A DNA stretch of 64,000 bases from contig CAVXWP010000006.1 of assembly GCA_963765495.1 (NCBI GenBank), positions 1 to 64,000 of the forward strand. The letters run 5' to 3'. Shown in pieces: positions 49,850-60,504 of the stretch; the stretch's first letter is position 1; each line of letters starts with the position of its first letter. A program made the translations under genes and the position numbers. Origin of the DNA: Blastocatellia bacterium. Its GTDB lineage: Bacteria; Acidobacteriota; Blastocatellia; UBA7656. Under the pieces are notes generated by a model that was not told where the DNA came from, did not search any database, and saw nothing but the letters and a program-made list of their open reading frames with translations.

Positions 49850-52467
49850 AAAACCGCCCTTATTCGACCTCCCTCAAAGGTTCGATCACCAGCCTGCTGC
49901 TGGTCGTTTCATCTGTGATGATTCCGGTACTCAGCCCGATGCGCGCCGCTTCCCAGTCTTCTGCGGTTTGCGATCCGCAAGCGGTAGCCACGCACCACGC
50001 CGCGACCCCCAACGGCGTGCCGTTCAAGTCGCTGCCGCTGCGCTTCGAACTCAACGCCGGACAGACCGACCCGCAGGTGCGCTTCATCGCCTGCGACCAG
50101 AGCAGCCAGATGTACCTGACCGCGCGCGAAATGGTGCTGCGCGTCTTCGAGCCTCGCAGCGCAAATGCGCGGCCCGGCGATATCGAGAAAGCTGCGACCG
50201 ACAGCGCCGTCGTGCGACTACGGGCGGTTGGTGCCAACCCCAACCCGCGCATCGCCGGGCTTGATCGGCTTCCCGGCAAGACGAATTATTTCCTCGGCAG
50301 TGACCCGAAGAAGTGGCGCACCAATGTCCCTTCGTTTGCGAAAGTAAAATATGAAAATATCTATCCCGGCATAGATATGATCTACTACGGCAACGAAGGA
50401 AATCTCGAATACGACTTCAATGTAGCTCCAGGAGCCGATCCCAGCCGGGTCGCTTTATCGGTCGAGGGGGCGGACGGGGTTCGCATCAACGAAGCGGGCG
50501 ATCTGGTGTTGCGCACGGCGGTCGGCGAAGTCACTCAGCACGCGCCTCGGATTTATCAGGAAGTGAACGGCAATCGTCGAGAAATCGCTGGCGGCTACAA
50601 ACTGATTGAGAGCAGTCCCGCAATCCAAAATCCAAAATCCAAAATCCAAAATCATTTAGTGGCATTCGACGTGGCCGGCTATGATGCGACGAAGCCTCTG
50701 GTGATTGATCCTGAACTGGTCTATGCGACCTACTTCGGCGGCAGCGCCGGGACGGATGTCACCGGACCTGCGGTGGACGCAGTCGGGTCGGTCTACGTGA
50801 CGGGCGACACCTTCGCGCACGATTTTCCGACCAAAGAGGCGCTGCAAGGGACCAACCGCCACAGTCAGGGCCTTTCGGCCTTCGTCAGCAAGTTCAGCCC
50901 CGACGGACAGTCGCTGGTCTATTCGACCTATCTGGGGGGGGCCAGTGGCTTCGGTGCGAATGATTTTGGGATGGGCATCGCCGTAGATTCGACGGGAGCG
51001 GCCTGCATCACCGGCCTAACAAGCTCAACAGACTTTCCAACCCGGAATGCGATTCAATCGCAATACGGGGGCAGTCAAGACATCTTCGTGACCAAGCTCA
51101 GCGGCGACGGCGCGAGCCTGATCTACTCGACCTATCTCGGCGGCAGTGGCTCGGATGTGCCGAGGGGCATCAAACTGAACGCCTCGAATGATGCTTATAT
51201 TTATGGCCAGACCGGCTCCGGCAATTTCCCAACGGCTAATCCGTCTCAGCCTGGCTACGGCGGCGGTAGTTCGGATGGCTTCTTGTCGGTGATTAATTCG
51301 GATGGTTCTCAATTGCTCTATTCGACCTACATAGGAGGCAATGGACAGGATGACCTTCAATCACTCATCATTGATCCGCAAGACGGCGGCATCAACCTTA
51401 GTGGCCACACGCAATCGAGTAACCTCGCCAGCAATGATCTCCATATTATGACTGGGGCAGACACCGACACATTAATGATAAGAATAGACCCTGGTTTTGG
51501 TGTTGGACATTATGCCTTCGAAATCCCATTTCTTGTTCTACAGAACCCCAATCAGACATTTAATGATTCCCTTCTATTGCTTTTTTACTGGCACTTGCTT
51601 GGTAATGACCGCGAGCCCTTGCAATCTCGTGAGTTTCCCCAAAAGGGGCTGGCGGGCGTAGAGGCACAAGCCACTGAAATTGAAGCATTTTATTCGGGAG
51701 GCTGCGTGATCGCAACGAACTGTTCCGGCAATGTGGCTTTCTTCAACGCCGATGCGAATGACTTCAGCTTAAAAAGCCATACAGACATTCCAATCACCAT
51801 CACTCCGGCCATAGCTGCGGTGAGAGATGCTCAGGATGCCGTCTACGTCACTGGCACCGCGCCGACCAGTGCGGCTTTCCCGCTTGTCAACCCGCTACAA
51901 AGCGGCGGAGGCGGCAACGATGCCTATGTCACCGTCTTTGCACCAGATACTCGCCAGATCGTCTTTTCGACCTACATCGGCGGCAGCGCAAGCGATTTTT
52001 CCGGCGGCATCGCCCTCGACCCGCAAGGCAACATCTACATCGCCGGCAGCACCCTGTCGCCCAACTTTCCAACCCTGAACGGATTTCAAAGCTCGCCGCT
52101 CGCGCCCGCCGGGCAGGGCAATGGGTTCATCGTCAAAATCTCTGCGGTCGGGCCGTTTGAAACCGGGCCGGATTTCTCACTCGCACTCGATTCGCCGACC
52201 GTGACCGTACAGGCGGGCAAGAAAGCGAAGATCAAAGTCAACATCAACCGCACCGATGGATTCACAGGCAAAGTAACTGTTGCGTCCAGCGATCCGGGTC
52301 AGGGGCTCGTAGTGAAGCCGCCGACTCCGATCACAACGACTGGCGACAGTGTGAAATTCAAGTACAAGACCGCCAATGCTGTGCCGGGCCAATATTCGAT
52401 CACCTTCACCGCCACGGATAAGTCAGGCAAAACGCGCACGGCGACGCTAACGCTCATCGTGCAATAG
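49846..52467 (+). CDS. secreted SBBP beta-propeller repeat protein
   Basis: FELNAGQTD, NIYPGID, LVYSTYLGG repeats, C-terminal Ig-like domain. Confidence 0.88.
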   Translation: MKNRPYSTSLKGSITSLLLVVSSVMIPVLSPMRAASQSSAVCDPQAVATHHAATPNGVPFKSLPLRFELNAGQTDPQVRFIACDQSSQMYLTAREMVLRVFEPRSANARPGDIEKAATDSAVVRLRAVGANPNPRIAGLDRLPGKTNYFLGSDPKKWRTNVPSFAKVKYENIYPGIDMIYYGNEGNLEYDFNVAPGADPSRVALSVEGADGVRINEAGDLVLRTAVGEVTQHAPRIYQEVNGNRREIAGGYKLIESSPAIQNPKSKIQNHLVAFDVAGYDATKPLVIDPELVYATYFGGSAGTDVTGPAVDAVGSVYVTGDTFAHDFPTKEALQGTNRHSQGLSAFVSKFSPDGQSLVYSTYLGGASGFGANDFGMGIAVDSTGAACITGLTSSTDFPTRNAIQSQYGGSQDIFVTKLSGDGASLIYSTYLGGSGSDVPRGIKLNASNDAYIYGQTGSGNFPTANPSQPGYGGGSSDGFLSVINSDGSQLLYSTYIGGNGQDDLQSLIIDPQDGGINLSGHTQSSNLASNDLHIMTGADTDTLMIRIDPGFGVGHYAFEIPFLVLQNPNQTFNDSLLLLFYWHLLGNDREPLQSREFPQKGLAGVEAQATEIEAFYSGGCVIATNCSGNVAFFNADANDFSLKSHTDIPITITPAIAAVRDAQDAVYVTGTAPTSAAFPLVNPLQSGGGGNDAYVTVFAPDTRQIVFSTYIGGSASDFSGGIALDPQGNIYIAGSTLSPNFPTLNGFQSSPLAPAGQGNGFIVKISAVGPFETGPDFSLALDSPTVTVQAGKKAKIKVNINRTDGFTGKVTVASSDPGQGLVVKPPTPITTTGDSVKFKYKTANAVPGQYSITFTATDKSGKTRTATLTLIVQ

Positions 52468-52721
52468 CATACGCTTTGCCCTGTTTCGGTCGACGGAAAA
52501 TTTCGCAGAATGCCCAGAGAGCGAAATCGAGAAAGAACAGGCCATCCAATCTGTCTGTGAGCGCTATCCGACGCTGAGTTCGTATCTAAATCATTCCGCA
52601 AGAGATAGGTACAAATGAATTTGAATGAAAGGCAAATTGAAATAGGCCGCGGATTTACGCGGATCGGGCGGATATGCGCGGATTAGATCAAATTGGGGCT
52701 GATCCGCGTAAATCCGACCAC

Positions 52722-53288
52722 CTTAGAGGCGAAGTTCGTCTCCAGGCAGGAGTCAACGCCAGCCGTCGGCAGTCATCCTTGATAGCCAGAGCGTCAAGTC
52801 TGCAACTGTAGGCGGCCCTGAGCGCGGTTATGACGCAGGAAAGAATGTTTCCGGGCGAAAACGACATCTTTTGGTAGGCGTGAGGGGACTGATTTTGGTG
52901 GCAGTGGTGCATTCGGCTGGGACGCAGGACTGGCAGGGAGCTGAAGCAGTAGTTGAAGCTTTGCGTAATCGCTTTAGCCGATTGAGGTTGATTTTGGCCG
53001 ATAGCATCTATAGTCGAAATGGGCTGCCGGGGTTTGTAAGGAAGTTGCGGAGATGGAGAAAGCTTCGGCTAGAAATAGTGAAGCGACCAAACGAGCAGAA
53101 AGGGTTCCAGGTGTTGCCGCGACGATGGGTGATAGAGCGAACATTTGGATGGTTGATAAGGCAAAGGCGGCTAGTGAGAGATTATGAATATTTGCCAGAA
53201 ACCAGCGAGACGATGATTTATCTGGCAATGACAAGGTTAATGCTCAAGCGACTGGAAGGTCATTCCTGACACTTTTCAGACGCGCTCT
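52722..53288 (+). pseudogene. 5'-truncated IS5-family (IS1031-like) transposase with right end
   Basis: PSAVILDSQSVK...RGYDAGK...GRKRHLLV in frame with ORF 52871-53269 (RRWVIERTFGW, RRLVRDYE); TIR-like TTTTCAGACGCGCTC after the stop. Confidence 0.85.
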
Positions 53289-53572
53289 TAGGATTCGGTC
53301 AGGATAATGGAATCCATTTCGATTGCAGGGGCCTTTAGCAACCGTTCTTCGCGAACGGCCATGAGCTTGACCTTCTTTAGCTCGATTCCTTTGATTCCAA
53401 AGAAGTTGGCCATTTGCATTATCTGGTCGAGGCTCACGAAATCCTCCAGATCGGAACAGAATTTTCGTATGCCGGGGTCAAACTCGTGACACCCCATCCG
53501 CCTGGGTAGATTCAGACCAAGCTCGCAATGGCCGTCTTCCTGGTAGCGCAAACAGAAGTCACAAATTTTCAT
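53288..53572 (-). CDS. Cys-rich hypothetical protein
   Basis: CDFC...C...C; overlaps the upstream gene. Confidence 0.5.
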   Translation of the reverse strand: MKICDFCLRYQEDGHCELGLNLPRRMGCHEFDPGIRKFCSDLEDFVSLDQIMQMANFFGIKGIELKKVKLMAVREERLLKAPAIEMDSIILTES

Positions 53573-53801
53573 CTTGCCCCTCTTTCAGTGACTCCGGCCG
53601 GGGGTCATAATCGTAATCTTCTCGTGGTTGAGGGCCGGGGCGGATCCAGGCGATATCCGGGTCTTCGCCTTCGATTCCGGGAGCCGCGTTAGCCTTTCGC
53701 ATCTTGGATTCTATTCTTTGAGTCTCTTTATCCTTCCGTTTCTGTTGCCGCGCTTTCTCTTTCTCACGTTTCTGAAAAGTTGGCCTTGATTTTTTTGCCA
53801 T
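53559..53801 (-). CDS. small basic hypothetical protein
   Basis: RPTFQKREKEKARQQKR...EDPDIAWIRPGPQP. Confidence 0.65.
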   Translation of the reverse strand: MAKKSRPTFQKREKEKARQQKRKDKETQRIESKMRKANAAPGIEGEDPDIAWIRPGPQPREDYDYDPRPESLKEGQDENL

Positions 53802-54007
53802 TTATGTCTTCCTTTGGTTTATATCGCTCGAGCCTCGATCCTCTGCATTTTTGGCCCGACCCTAATACTATACATGACTGCGCAGCTAAAAACGATCAGC
53901 ATTGTTCGATCAGAGCCTACAAGACCCCGGCGCCCGCACCCGTTTGCGAAAGGCGGCGGCCTGTTTTACCTGTACCAATCTCTGCCGGTTCGAATTAGAA
54001 TAGATGA

Positions 54008-55345
54008 ATGAAACGGGAAACGTCTTCCGGCGCGGTTGGTTATATCGGGCTTCTGCGAAGCAACTCCAACTTCCGCCGACTGTGGATAGGCCAGTTTGTT
54101 TCCCAGACCGGCGACTGGTTCAACTCCGTAGCCTTATTCACTCTACTGCTGAACCTGACCGGCTCGGGCGCGGCGGTCGGCTACATCCTCATTCTTAAAT
54201 TGCTCCCCACGTTCTTTGTCAGCCCGCTTGCCGGGGTGGTTGCCGACCGCTTCAACCGTAAGACGATAATGATCGCTTCCGATCTGCTGCGCGCCCTCCT
54301 GGTGCTTGGTTTTTTGCTCGTGCGCAGACCCGATCAGGTGTGGATCGTCTATACCCTCACGGCGCTTGAAATCGTGCTGACCTCTTTTTTCGAACCGGCG
54401 AAATCGGCCGCCATTCCAGAACTTGTCACGCGCGATGAATTGATCTCGGCCAACGGGCTTTCGGGCGCAGCCTGGTCTGTGACGCTCGCCTTAGGCGCTG
54501 CGCTGGGCGGATTGGTGACCGGCGTCTTTGGCCGTGACGTGGCCTTTATCATAGATGCGCTTACCTTTCTGATCTCGGCCGCCTTTATTTCGCTGACACG
54601 GTTTTCCCGCGCACCCGAAGATCGCAACGCTCTTGCTGCCACGGATAAGAATGCGCGTCTCTCTTTTGCCGAGGCCACGGGCATAACGGATTTCATCGAA
54701 GGCACCCGCTTCCTGAAAGCCAATCCACGAGTCGCGGCACTGCTGCTTGTGAAGCCCGGATGGGGGATTGGCGGAGGCGTGCTTTTGCTGCTTACGATCT
54801 TTGGCAAGCAGATATTTCCCATTGGAGGAGACGGCAGCATATCGATAGGTCTGCTCTATGCGGCTCGCGGGTTTGGCGCGCTCATCGGTCCTATAATCGC
54901 TCAGGCAATCACGGGGCGTTCTCCGCGCGTTATGCGCCGGGCGATCACCATAGCCTTCTTTGTCTCCATGATCTTTTATCTGATGTTCGCGCACGCCGCT
55001 GTACTCGCGCTGGCGGCGTTGTTTGTAGTAGGCGCTCACATGGGGGGCAGCATTCAGTGGGTCTATTCGACTACGCTCATACAACTTGAGGTTCCAAACC
55101 GTTTCCTCGGTCGCGTCTTCGCAATAGAGATGGCGCTCGTCACGCTTTTGATGTCGCTATCAACATTCCTGACCGGCTGGGGACTGGATTTCGCCGGGTT
55201 CAGCCCGCGCACTATGGCTACCTTGCTCGGGTTTGCCTTCATGATTCCCGGTCTCGCGTGGTTTGGTATTCAGCACTGGATGGATGGGCCTGATCGGAAG
55301 TCGGCGAAATCCTCGCAAGTCATCGAAGCCGAATCGGCGGATTGA
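54008..55345 (+). CDS. MFS transporter
   Basis: GVVADRFNRK motif A and many TM helices. Confidence 0.93.
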   Translation: MKRETSSGAVGYIGLLRSNSNFRRLWIGQFVSQTGDWFNSVALFTLLLNLTGSGAAVGYILILKLLPTFFVSPLAGVVADRFNRKTIMIASDLLRALLVLGFLLVRRPDQVWIVYTLTALEIVLTSFFEPAKSAAIPELVTRDELISANGLSGAAWSVTLALGAALGGLVTGVFGRDVAFIIDALTFLISAAFISLTRFSRAPEDRNALAATDKNARLSFAEATGITDFIEGTRFLKANPRVAALLLVKPGWGIGGGVLLLLTIFGKQIFPIGGDGSISIGLLYAARGFGALIGPIIAQAITGRSPRVMRRAITIAFFVSMIFYLMFAHAAVLALAALFVVGAHMGGSIQWVYSTTLIQLEVPNRFLGRVFAIEMALVTLLMSLSTFLTGWGLDFAGFSPRTMATLLGFAFMIPGLAWFGIQHWMDGPDRKSAKSSQVIEAESAD

Positions 55346-55408
55346 GAAGAAGGTGACTTGAGAAGAAGGCGGGTTGAGAAGAAGACCGTCACTCGGGAGG
55401 GGATTTTT

Positions 55409-56035
55409 ATGGGATTCTATTCAAAACACATCTTTCCACGGATTCTTGATTGGAGTCTTGGAAATCAGGTAGTCCAGAACCTTCGCCGTCAGACGCTCAG
55501 TGAGGCCCGTGGCCACGCGCTTGAGATCGGTTTCGGCACGGGGTTGAATCTGGCTCATTACCCCTCCGAGGTTACGCGGCTTACGATCATTGACCCCGAG
55601 ACTATGCTTGCCGGGAGGGTCGCAAAAAGAATAGCCGAAGCTCGCGTGCCGGTTGAGAAGATACACATGGATGCAAGCAGGCGGTTGCCGTTTGAAGATA
55701 AACATTTCGATACGGTGGTCTCTACTTTTACGCTTTGCTCGATTGGAAATCTCTTGTCTGCGCTTTCGGAAATCCGGCGAGTGCTCAAACCCGAAGGCCG
55801 TTTCATTTTTCTGGAACACGGGCGCAGCAACGATGAGCGAACGGCAAAACGCCAGGACTTCTTCAACCCTGTTCACAAAATACTGGCCTGCGGGTGTAAC
55901 ATCAATCGCCCGATTGACCGGCTCATTGAGCGAGCGGGGCTTGAGATCGAAACGCTTGATCGCTTTCTGATGCCCGATTCGCCGCGCATCATGGGAGAGA
56001 TCTATAGAGGCGCAGCCGCGCCCGGCGAGCCTTAA
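55409..56035 (+). CDS. class I SAM-dependent methyltransferase
   Basis: LEIGFGTG, FDTVVSTFTLCS, RVLKPEG. Confidence 0.9.
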   Translation: MGFYSKHIFPRILDWSLGNQVVQNLRRQTLSEARGHALEIGFGTGLNLAHYPSEVTRLTIIDPETMLAGRVAKRIAEARVPVEKIHMDASRRLPFEDKHFDTVVSTFTLCSIGNLLSALSEIRRVLKPEGRFIFLEHGRSNDERTAKRQDFFNPVHKILACGCNINRPIDRLIERAGLEIETLDRFLMPDSPRIMGEIYRGAAAPGEP

Positions 56036-56120
56036 CAAAGCGATGTCGCGCGGCGCTTTTTACCGCTCGGTGGAATGTGCTAAGTTAAAACCACCAAAAA
56101 GAAATCGAGAGGAGCACTGT

Positions 56121-56345
56121 ATGGCAGAAGAGGTTTACAAGGGCATAACCATCGTCGGCACATCGAATCAGAGTTTCAGCCACGCTATCGAAGTGGCCGT
56201 AGAACGCGCCAAACAGACAATACGAGATTTGAAGTGGTTCGAGATACGTGACCAGAGAGGCGCGCTCAGAAATAACCAGATCGAATATCAGGTGACACTG
56301 GAAGTCTTCTTCAAACTGACCGGCGATCAATCAGCCGGAAGTTGA
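56121..56345 (+). CDS. dodecin flavin-binding protein
   Basis: VYK.ITIVGTS...AIE.AV.RA...WFEI...EYQVTL; RBS GAGGAG. Confidence 0.9.
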   Translation: MAEEVYKGITIVGTSNQSFSHAIEVAVERAKQTIRDLKWFEIRDQRGALRNNQIEYQVTLEVFFKLTGDQSAGS

Positions 56346-56686
56346 AATGGAAAGGCCGGAAATCCGACGGCCCGGCTCCTGTGTGTATCGGGCCGTCTAT
56401 AACTGATCTCTGATAATGAGCCACGACCCGCAATCGCAGCGATATATTCCAAGTTCAGATATGATCCTTCGCTGTCGGCAGGCGGGACAATAAAACGAAT
56501 AGACATATCGCCCGTGGGTGTCATTCCAGAAGTGGTCTTCAATCAGGACATCCACTCCAATCTTCCGCTTCTGCATACGGTGGAGTATAACACAGCCCGA
56601 CAGCAGAGACAGACCGCGCAGGTTTTTCAGGACGGACCCAAAGCCTGTGGAGCAAGGGTCGGCAATAATTATAAGAGGGGAAATCA

Positions 56687-58018
56687 ATGAGACTCAGACC
56701 AGATAAAGCGAGCAGCTCTTTCATCTCGGCCACACGCCTCGCATTTATGTTTGTATTCACATTACATCTGTCGGCGTTTGTTGCCTGCGGGCAGGCGTCG
56801 GAAGGCGCAGGCACCAGACAGGCCGATGCGAAGCCGACCGATTCGAAGCCGACCGATGCGAATGCGCGTAAACATCACGAGATTACGCCCGGTTCTCTTC
56901 CACCGCCCGGCTCCACTCCGTCGGCAGTCAACGGCCCCAGAGTTGTACCCCGACCCGAAGGCGCAGAGCTTACGCTTCCCGAAGGGTTTCAGGTGAGCCC
57001 TTATGCGGAGGGCGGATTTGATGAAGCGCGATGGCTGGCGCTTGCGCCCAACGGCGATGTGTTTGTTTCGGATCACAAGGCCGGAAGTATCCTGATACTG
57101 CGCGACACCAATAACGATGGCCGCGCAGACCAGCGATTCGTATTCGCTTCGGGGTTGATGCAGCCTTTCGGCATGGCCTTCTGGCACGATTATCTCTACG
57201 TCGGAAACACAAACGCGGTCGTGCGGTTCAAGTACAAACCGGGACAGACAAAGGCCGAAGGAGAGGCTGAAAAGATTGCCGATTTGCCGGGCAGAGGGTA
57301 CCGCGAGCACTGGACGCGCAATGTCATCTTCAGCCCAGACGGCTCGAAGCTGTACGCAACCGTGGGGTCAGAGACAAATGTAGATGTAGAGAAAGACCCT
57401 ATGCGCGCGGCTATCTCTCAGTTCAACCCCGACGGCAGCGGGCATAAAATCTTTGCCGCCGGGACACGCAATCCCATAGGGCTTGCTTTTTATCCGGGCA
57501 CGCAGACGCTCTGGGCCGCCGTGCAGGAGCGCGACGGATTAGGCGATGATCTCGTACCCGATTATGTGACTTCGATCAAAGAGGGAGCCTTTTACGGCTG
57601 GCCTTATTCCTATATCGGTCAGAACGAAGACCCGCGACGCAAGGGCGAAAATCCCGAACTTGTGAAAAAGGCTATAGTGCCCGACGTATTGATTCAGGCG
57701 CATTCGGCTGTGCTGGGTCTGGTCTTTTACGAAGGCGACATGTTCCCGGCAGAGTACAAGGGCGATGCCTTTGTCGCTCTTCACGGGTCGTGGAATAGAT
57801 CGAAGCGAACCGGCTATAAAATCGTTCGTATTCAGTTTGAGAACGGCAAGCCCGCAGGCGGATACGATGATTTTCTGACCGGCTGGATGATAGGCGAAGA
57901 GAGCCGCGATGTGTGGGGCCGCCCCGTGGGGCTTCTGGTTTTGAAAGACGGCTCGATGCTCATAGTCGATGACGGAGCCGACAAGATATGGCGCGTCACC
58001 TATTCAAAGCCAAAATAA
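56687..58018 (+). CDS. sorbosone/PQQ-dependent sugar dehydrogenase family
   Basis: GTRNPIG, ERDGLGDDLVPDY, FYGWPY, HGSWNR, GRPVG. Confidence 0.9.
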   Translation: MRLRPDKASSSFISATRLAFMFVFTLHLSAFVACGQASEGAGTRQADAKPTDSKPTDANARKHHEITPGSLPPPGSTPSAVNGPRVVPRPEGAELTLPEGFQVSPYAEGGFDEARWLALAPNGDVFVSDHKAGSILILRDTNNDGRADQRFVFASGLMQPFGMAFWHDYLYVGNTNAVVRFKYKPGQTKAEGEAEKIADLPGRGYREHWTRNVIFSPDGSKLYATVGSETNVDVEKDPMRAAISQFNPDGSGHKIFAAGTRNPIGLAFYPGTQTLWAAVQERDGLGDDLVPDYVTSIKEGAFYGWPYSYIGQNEDPRRKGENPELVKKAIVPDVLIQAHSAVLGLVFYEGDMFPAEYKGDAFVALHGSWNRSKRTGYKIVRIQFENGKPAGGYDDFLTGWMIGEESRDVWGRPVGLLVLKDGSMLIVDDGADKIWRVTYSKPK

Positions 58019-58047
58019 TCACATCTGTACGGGAGGAAAGAAATTTT

Positions 58048-58114
58048 GCCACCGCAGTCACAGAGCCACAGAGATTTATTATATTTTTCTCTGTGACTCT
58101 GTGACTGCGGTGGC
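58048..58114. repeat. CACAGAG-type intergenic palindrome
   Basis: 27-bp inverted repeat with one mismatch. Confidence 0.85.
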
Positions 58115-58170
58115 TGTTTCCGAACTTTGAAAAATAATCGGCGTGAAGTGCGAGAGGTGACTTCGGACAG

Positions 58171-60504
58171 ATGAAAAATGAAGACCGAAAAAGATTTTTC
58201 CGTCTGGCAACTTGTGCCGCGCTCGCGTTCACATTTGCGCTTTGCCTTGAAGCAAGCGCCTCGGCTTTGACAGCCCGGCAAAGCCTGCGCGTGGAAGGCA
58301 CGATCACAGATCAGGCGGGTGCTCCGGTTGCCGGAGCAGAAGTTGCCCTCAGCAGTCGAAATTTTTCTGCCAGCCGGATCACAGACGGCAACGGGCATTT
58401 TATCTTTGATTCCGTTTCGACAGAAAGCGGCACGTTGCGAGTTAATGCAGCCGGTTTTGCTCCGCTCGAAAGAGGGTGGAGCGCCGATAACAGAGAGAGT
58501 ATTCAACTCGACATAGAGCTTGCGCCCGCGCCGCTGTCGGAACAGGTGACCGTCACCGCCGAGCGCACGCTCACTCGCGTGAGCGACACGGCGGCAAGCG
58601 TGGCCGTGCTTTCGGCAGAAGACCTTTCGACCAGTGCCGCGCTCACGCTTGATGACACGCTTCGACAGGTGCCGGGTTTCAGCCTGTTTCGCCGGTCGGG
58701 GAGCCGCAGCGCCAACCCTACGACGCAGGGCGTTTCGCTTCGCGGTGTGGGCGCAAGCGGCGCGAGCCGCGCCGTCGTACTTAGCGACGGCATCCCGATC
58801 AACGACCCTTTCGGCGGATGGGTCTACTGGGACAGGGTTCCGCGTCAATCAATAGGTCGTGTCGAAGTAGTTCGCGGCGGCGCGTCGAGTCTTTATGGAA
58901 CCGATAGCCTCGGCGGCGTCATCAACTTCATACCCCGCGAAGTAACTGGTTCCACCCTCTCGCTTGAAGCCTCTTACGGCAACCAGCAGACGCCGAGCCT
59001 GTCCGTGTTCACGGGCGGCAGATTCGATCAGTGGAGCGTCAAACTCGCAGCTGAAACCTTTCACACAGACGGCTATGTGATAGTTGATCCGGACCAGCGC
59101 GGGCGCGTTGATACGCCCGCCACGTCAGAATACTCGGCGCTTGATTTGACTCTCGCCCGACTGCTGTCGGATAAAGGCCGCGTATTTGTCAGCGGTTCTG
59201 TTTTTGGAGAATCGCGCGAAAACGGAACCCCGCTCCAGCTTAATCGAACGCACATCCGTCAGCTTGCCGCCGGAATTGACTGGCAATCCGCAAGCATCGG
59301 AGCCTTTGGGTTGCGCACTTACGCGAGCACTCAGGTGTTCGATCAGGATTTTACGGCCATAGCCTCGGACCGCAACAGCGAAAGCCTCACTCGCAGCCAG
59401 CGCTCTCCTGCTCAACAGGAGGGATTCGGATTTCAGTGGTCGCGGCTGGCGGGATCGAGACAGACGCTGGTAGCCGGACTCGACGGGCGCGAGGTGCGGG
59501 GCTCAAGCGACGAGATAGGTTTTTTTGGCGGGCGGGCTACTTCGGCTCTGGGTGCGGGCGGGCGCGAACGCGTATTCGGATTCTTTGGCCAGGACATCAT
59601 TCGCATCCACCCGCGATGGCTTGTCACCGTGGGCGCGCGTCTTGACCGATGGCGCAATTACGACGCGCTTTCGACCACGCGATCCCTCACACAACCCGGC
59701 GCGGTTTCAGTCACCGATTTTTCAGACAGAACCGAAACCGCTTTTAGCCCTCGATTGTCTGTGCTTCACAAGCTGACGGAAAACATTTCGCTTGTGGCAT
59801 CGGCTTACAGGGCATTTCGAGCGCCTACGCTCAACGAGCTTTATCGCGGCTTTCGCGTCGGAAACATCGTGACACAGGCAAATGAAAACCTGCGCGCCGA
59901 ACGTTTGACCGGCGGCGAAGGCGGCGCGAGCTTTACGGCATTTAATCGGAGGCTCAACACTCGCGGCACATTTTTCTGGAGCGAGGTCACGCGCCCTATT
60001 GCCAACGTGACTCTGAGTTTTACACCCGATCTGATCACTCGCCGCAGACAAAATCTTGGCCGCACCCGCTCGCGCGGCGTCGAGATAGAGACCGAAGCGC
60101 GACTGACCGATTCTTTGACCCTTTCAGGCGGTTATCTGTTTGTCGATGCCACGGTGCTTGAGTTTCCCGCAAACACTATTCTTGAGGGTTTACTGATACC
60201 GCAGATACCGCGTCATCAATTTACATTTCAGATGCGATACACCAACCCCTCGCGTGTCAACGTGGGGGTGCAGGGACGCGCCGTCGGCAATCAATTCGAT
60301 GACGACCTCAATCAATTCAAACTGGATCGTTTCTTCACGCTCGATGCCATCATATCTCGCGCGGTCGCGCCCGGCGTAGAACTGTTCGCAGCCGCCGAAA
60401 ATTTGTTTGACGAGCGTTACACCGTAGGGCGCACGCCGGTCAGAACCATAGGCCCGCCCTTGCTTGCTCGCTTTGGCATCAGATTGAGATTTGGAGCGCG
60501 TTAG
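58171..60504 (+). CDS. TonB-dependent receptor with carboxypeptidase-regulatory N-domain
   Basis: VTVTA TonB box, RVEVVRGGASSLYG, FRAPTLNELY, ENLFDERY. Confidence 0.92.
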   Translation: MKNEDRKRFFRLATCAALAFTFALCLEASASALTARQSLRVEGTITDQAGAPVAGAEVALSSRNFSASRITDGNGHFIFDSVSTESGTLRVNAAGFAPLERGWSADNRESIQLDIELAPAPLSEQVTVTAERTLTRVSDTAASVAVLSAEDLSTSAALTLDDTLRQVPGFSLFRRSGSRSANPTTQGVSLRGVGASGASRAVVLSDGIPINDPFGGWVYWDRVPRQSIGRVEVVRGGASSLYGTDSLGGVINFIPREVTGSTLSLEASYGNQQTPSLSVFTGGRFDQWSVKLAAETFHTDGYVIVDPDQRGRVDTPATSEYSALDLTLARLLSDKGRVFVSGSVFGESRENGTPLQLNRTHIRQLAAGIDWQSASIGAFGLRTYASTQVFDQDFTAIASDRNSESLTRSQRSPAQQEGFGFQWSRLAGSRQTLVAGLDGREVRGSSDEIGFFGGRATSALGAGGRERVFGFFGQDIIRIHPRWLVTVGARLDRWRNYDALSTTRSLTQPGAVSVTDFSDRTETAFSPRLSVLHKLTENISLVASAYRAFRAPTLNELYRGFRVGNIVTQANENLRAERLTGGEGGASFTAFNRRLNTRGTFFWSEVTRPIANVTLSFTPDLITRRRQNLGRTRSRGVEIETEARLTDSLTLSGGYLFVDATVLEFPANTILEGLLIPQIPRHQFTFQMRYTNPSRVNVGVQGRAVGNQFDDDLNQFKLDRFFTLDAIISRAVAPGVELFAAAENLFDERYTVGRTPVRTIGPPLLARFGIRLRFGAR

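Noticed and set aside
56397-56687. Minus-strand ORF with CPAC/CDC
   Set aside because: May be a small zinc-binding protein, but the start and RBS are unclear, so it was not called.
58000-58848. 282-aa minus-strand ORF
   Set aside because: Antisense shadow of the TonB-dependent receptor that runs through a palindrome.
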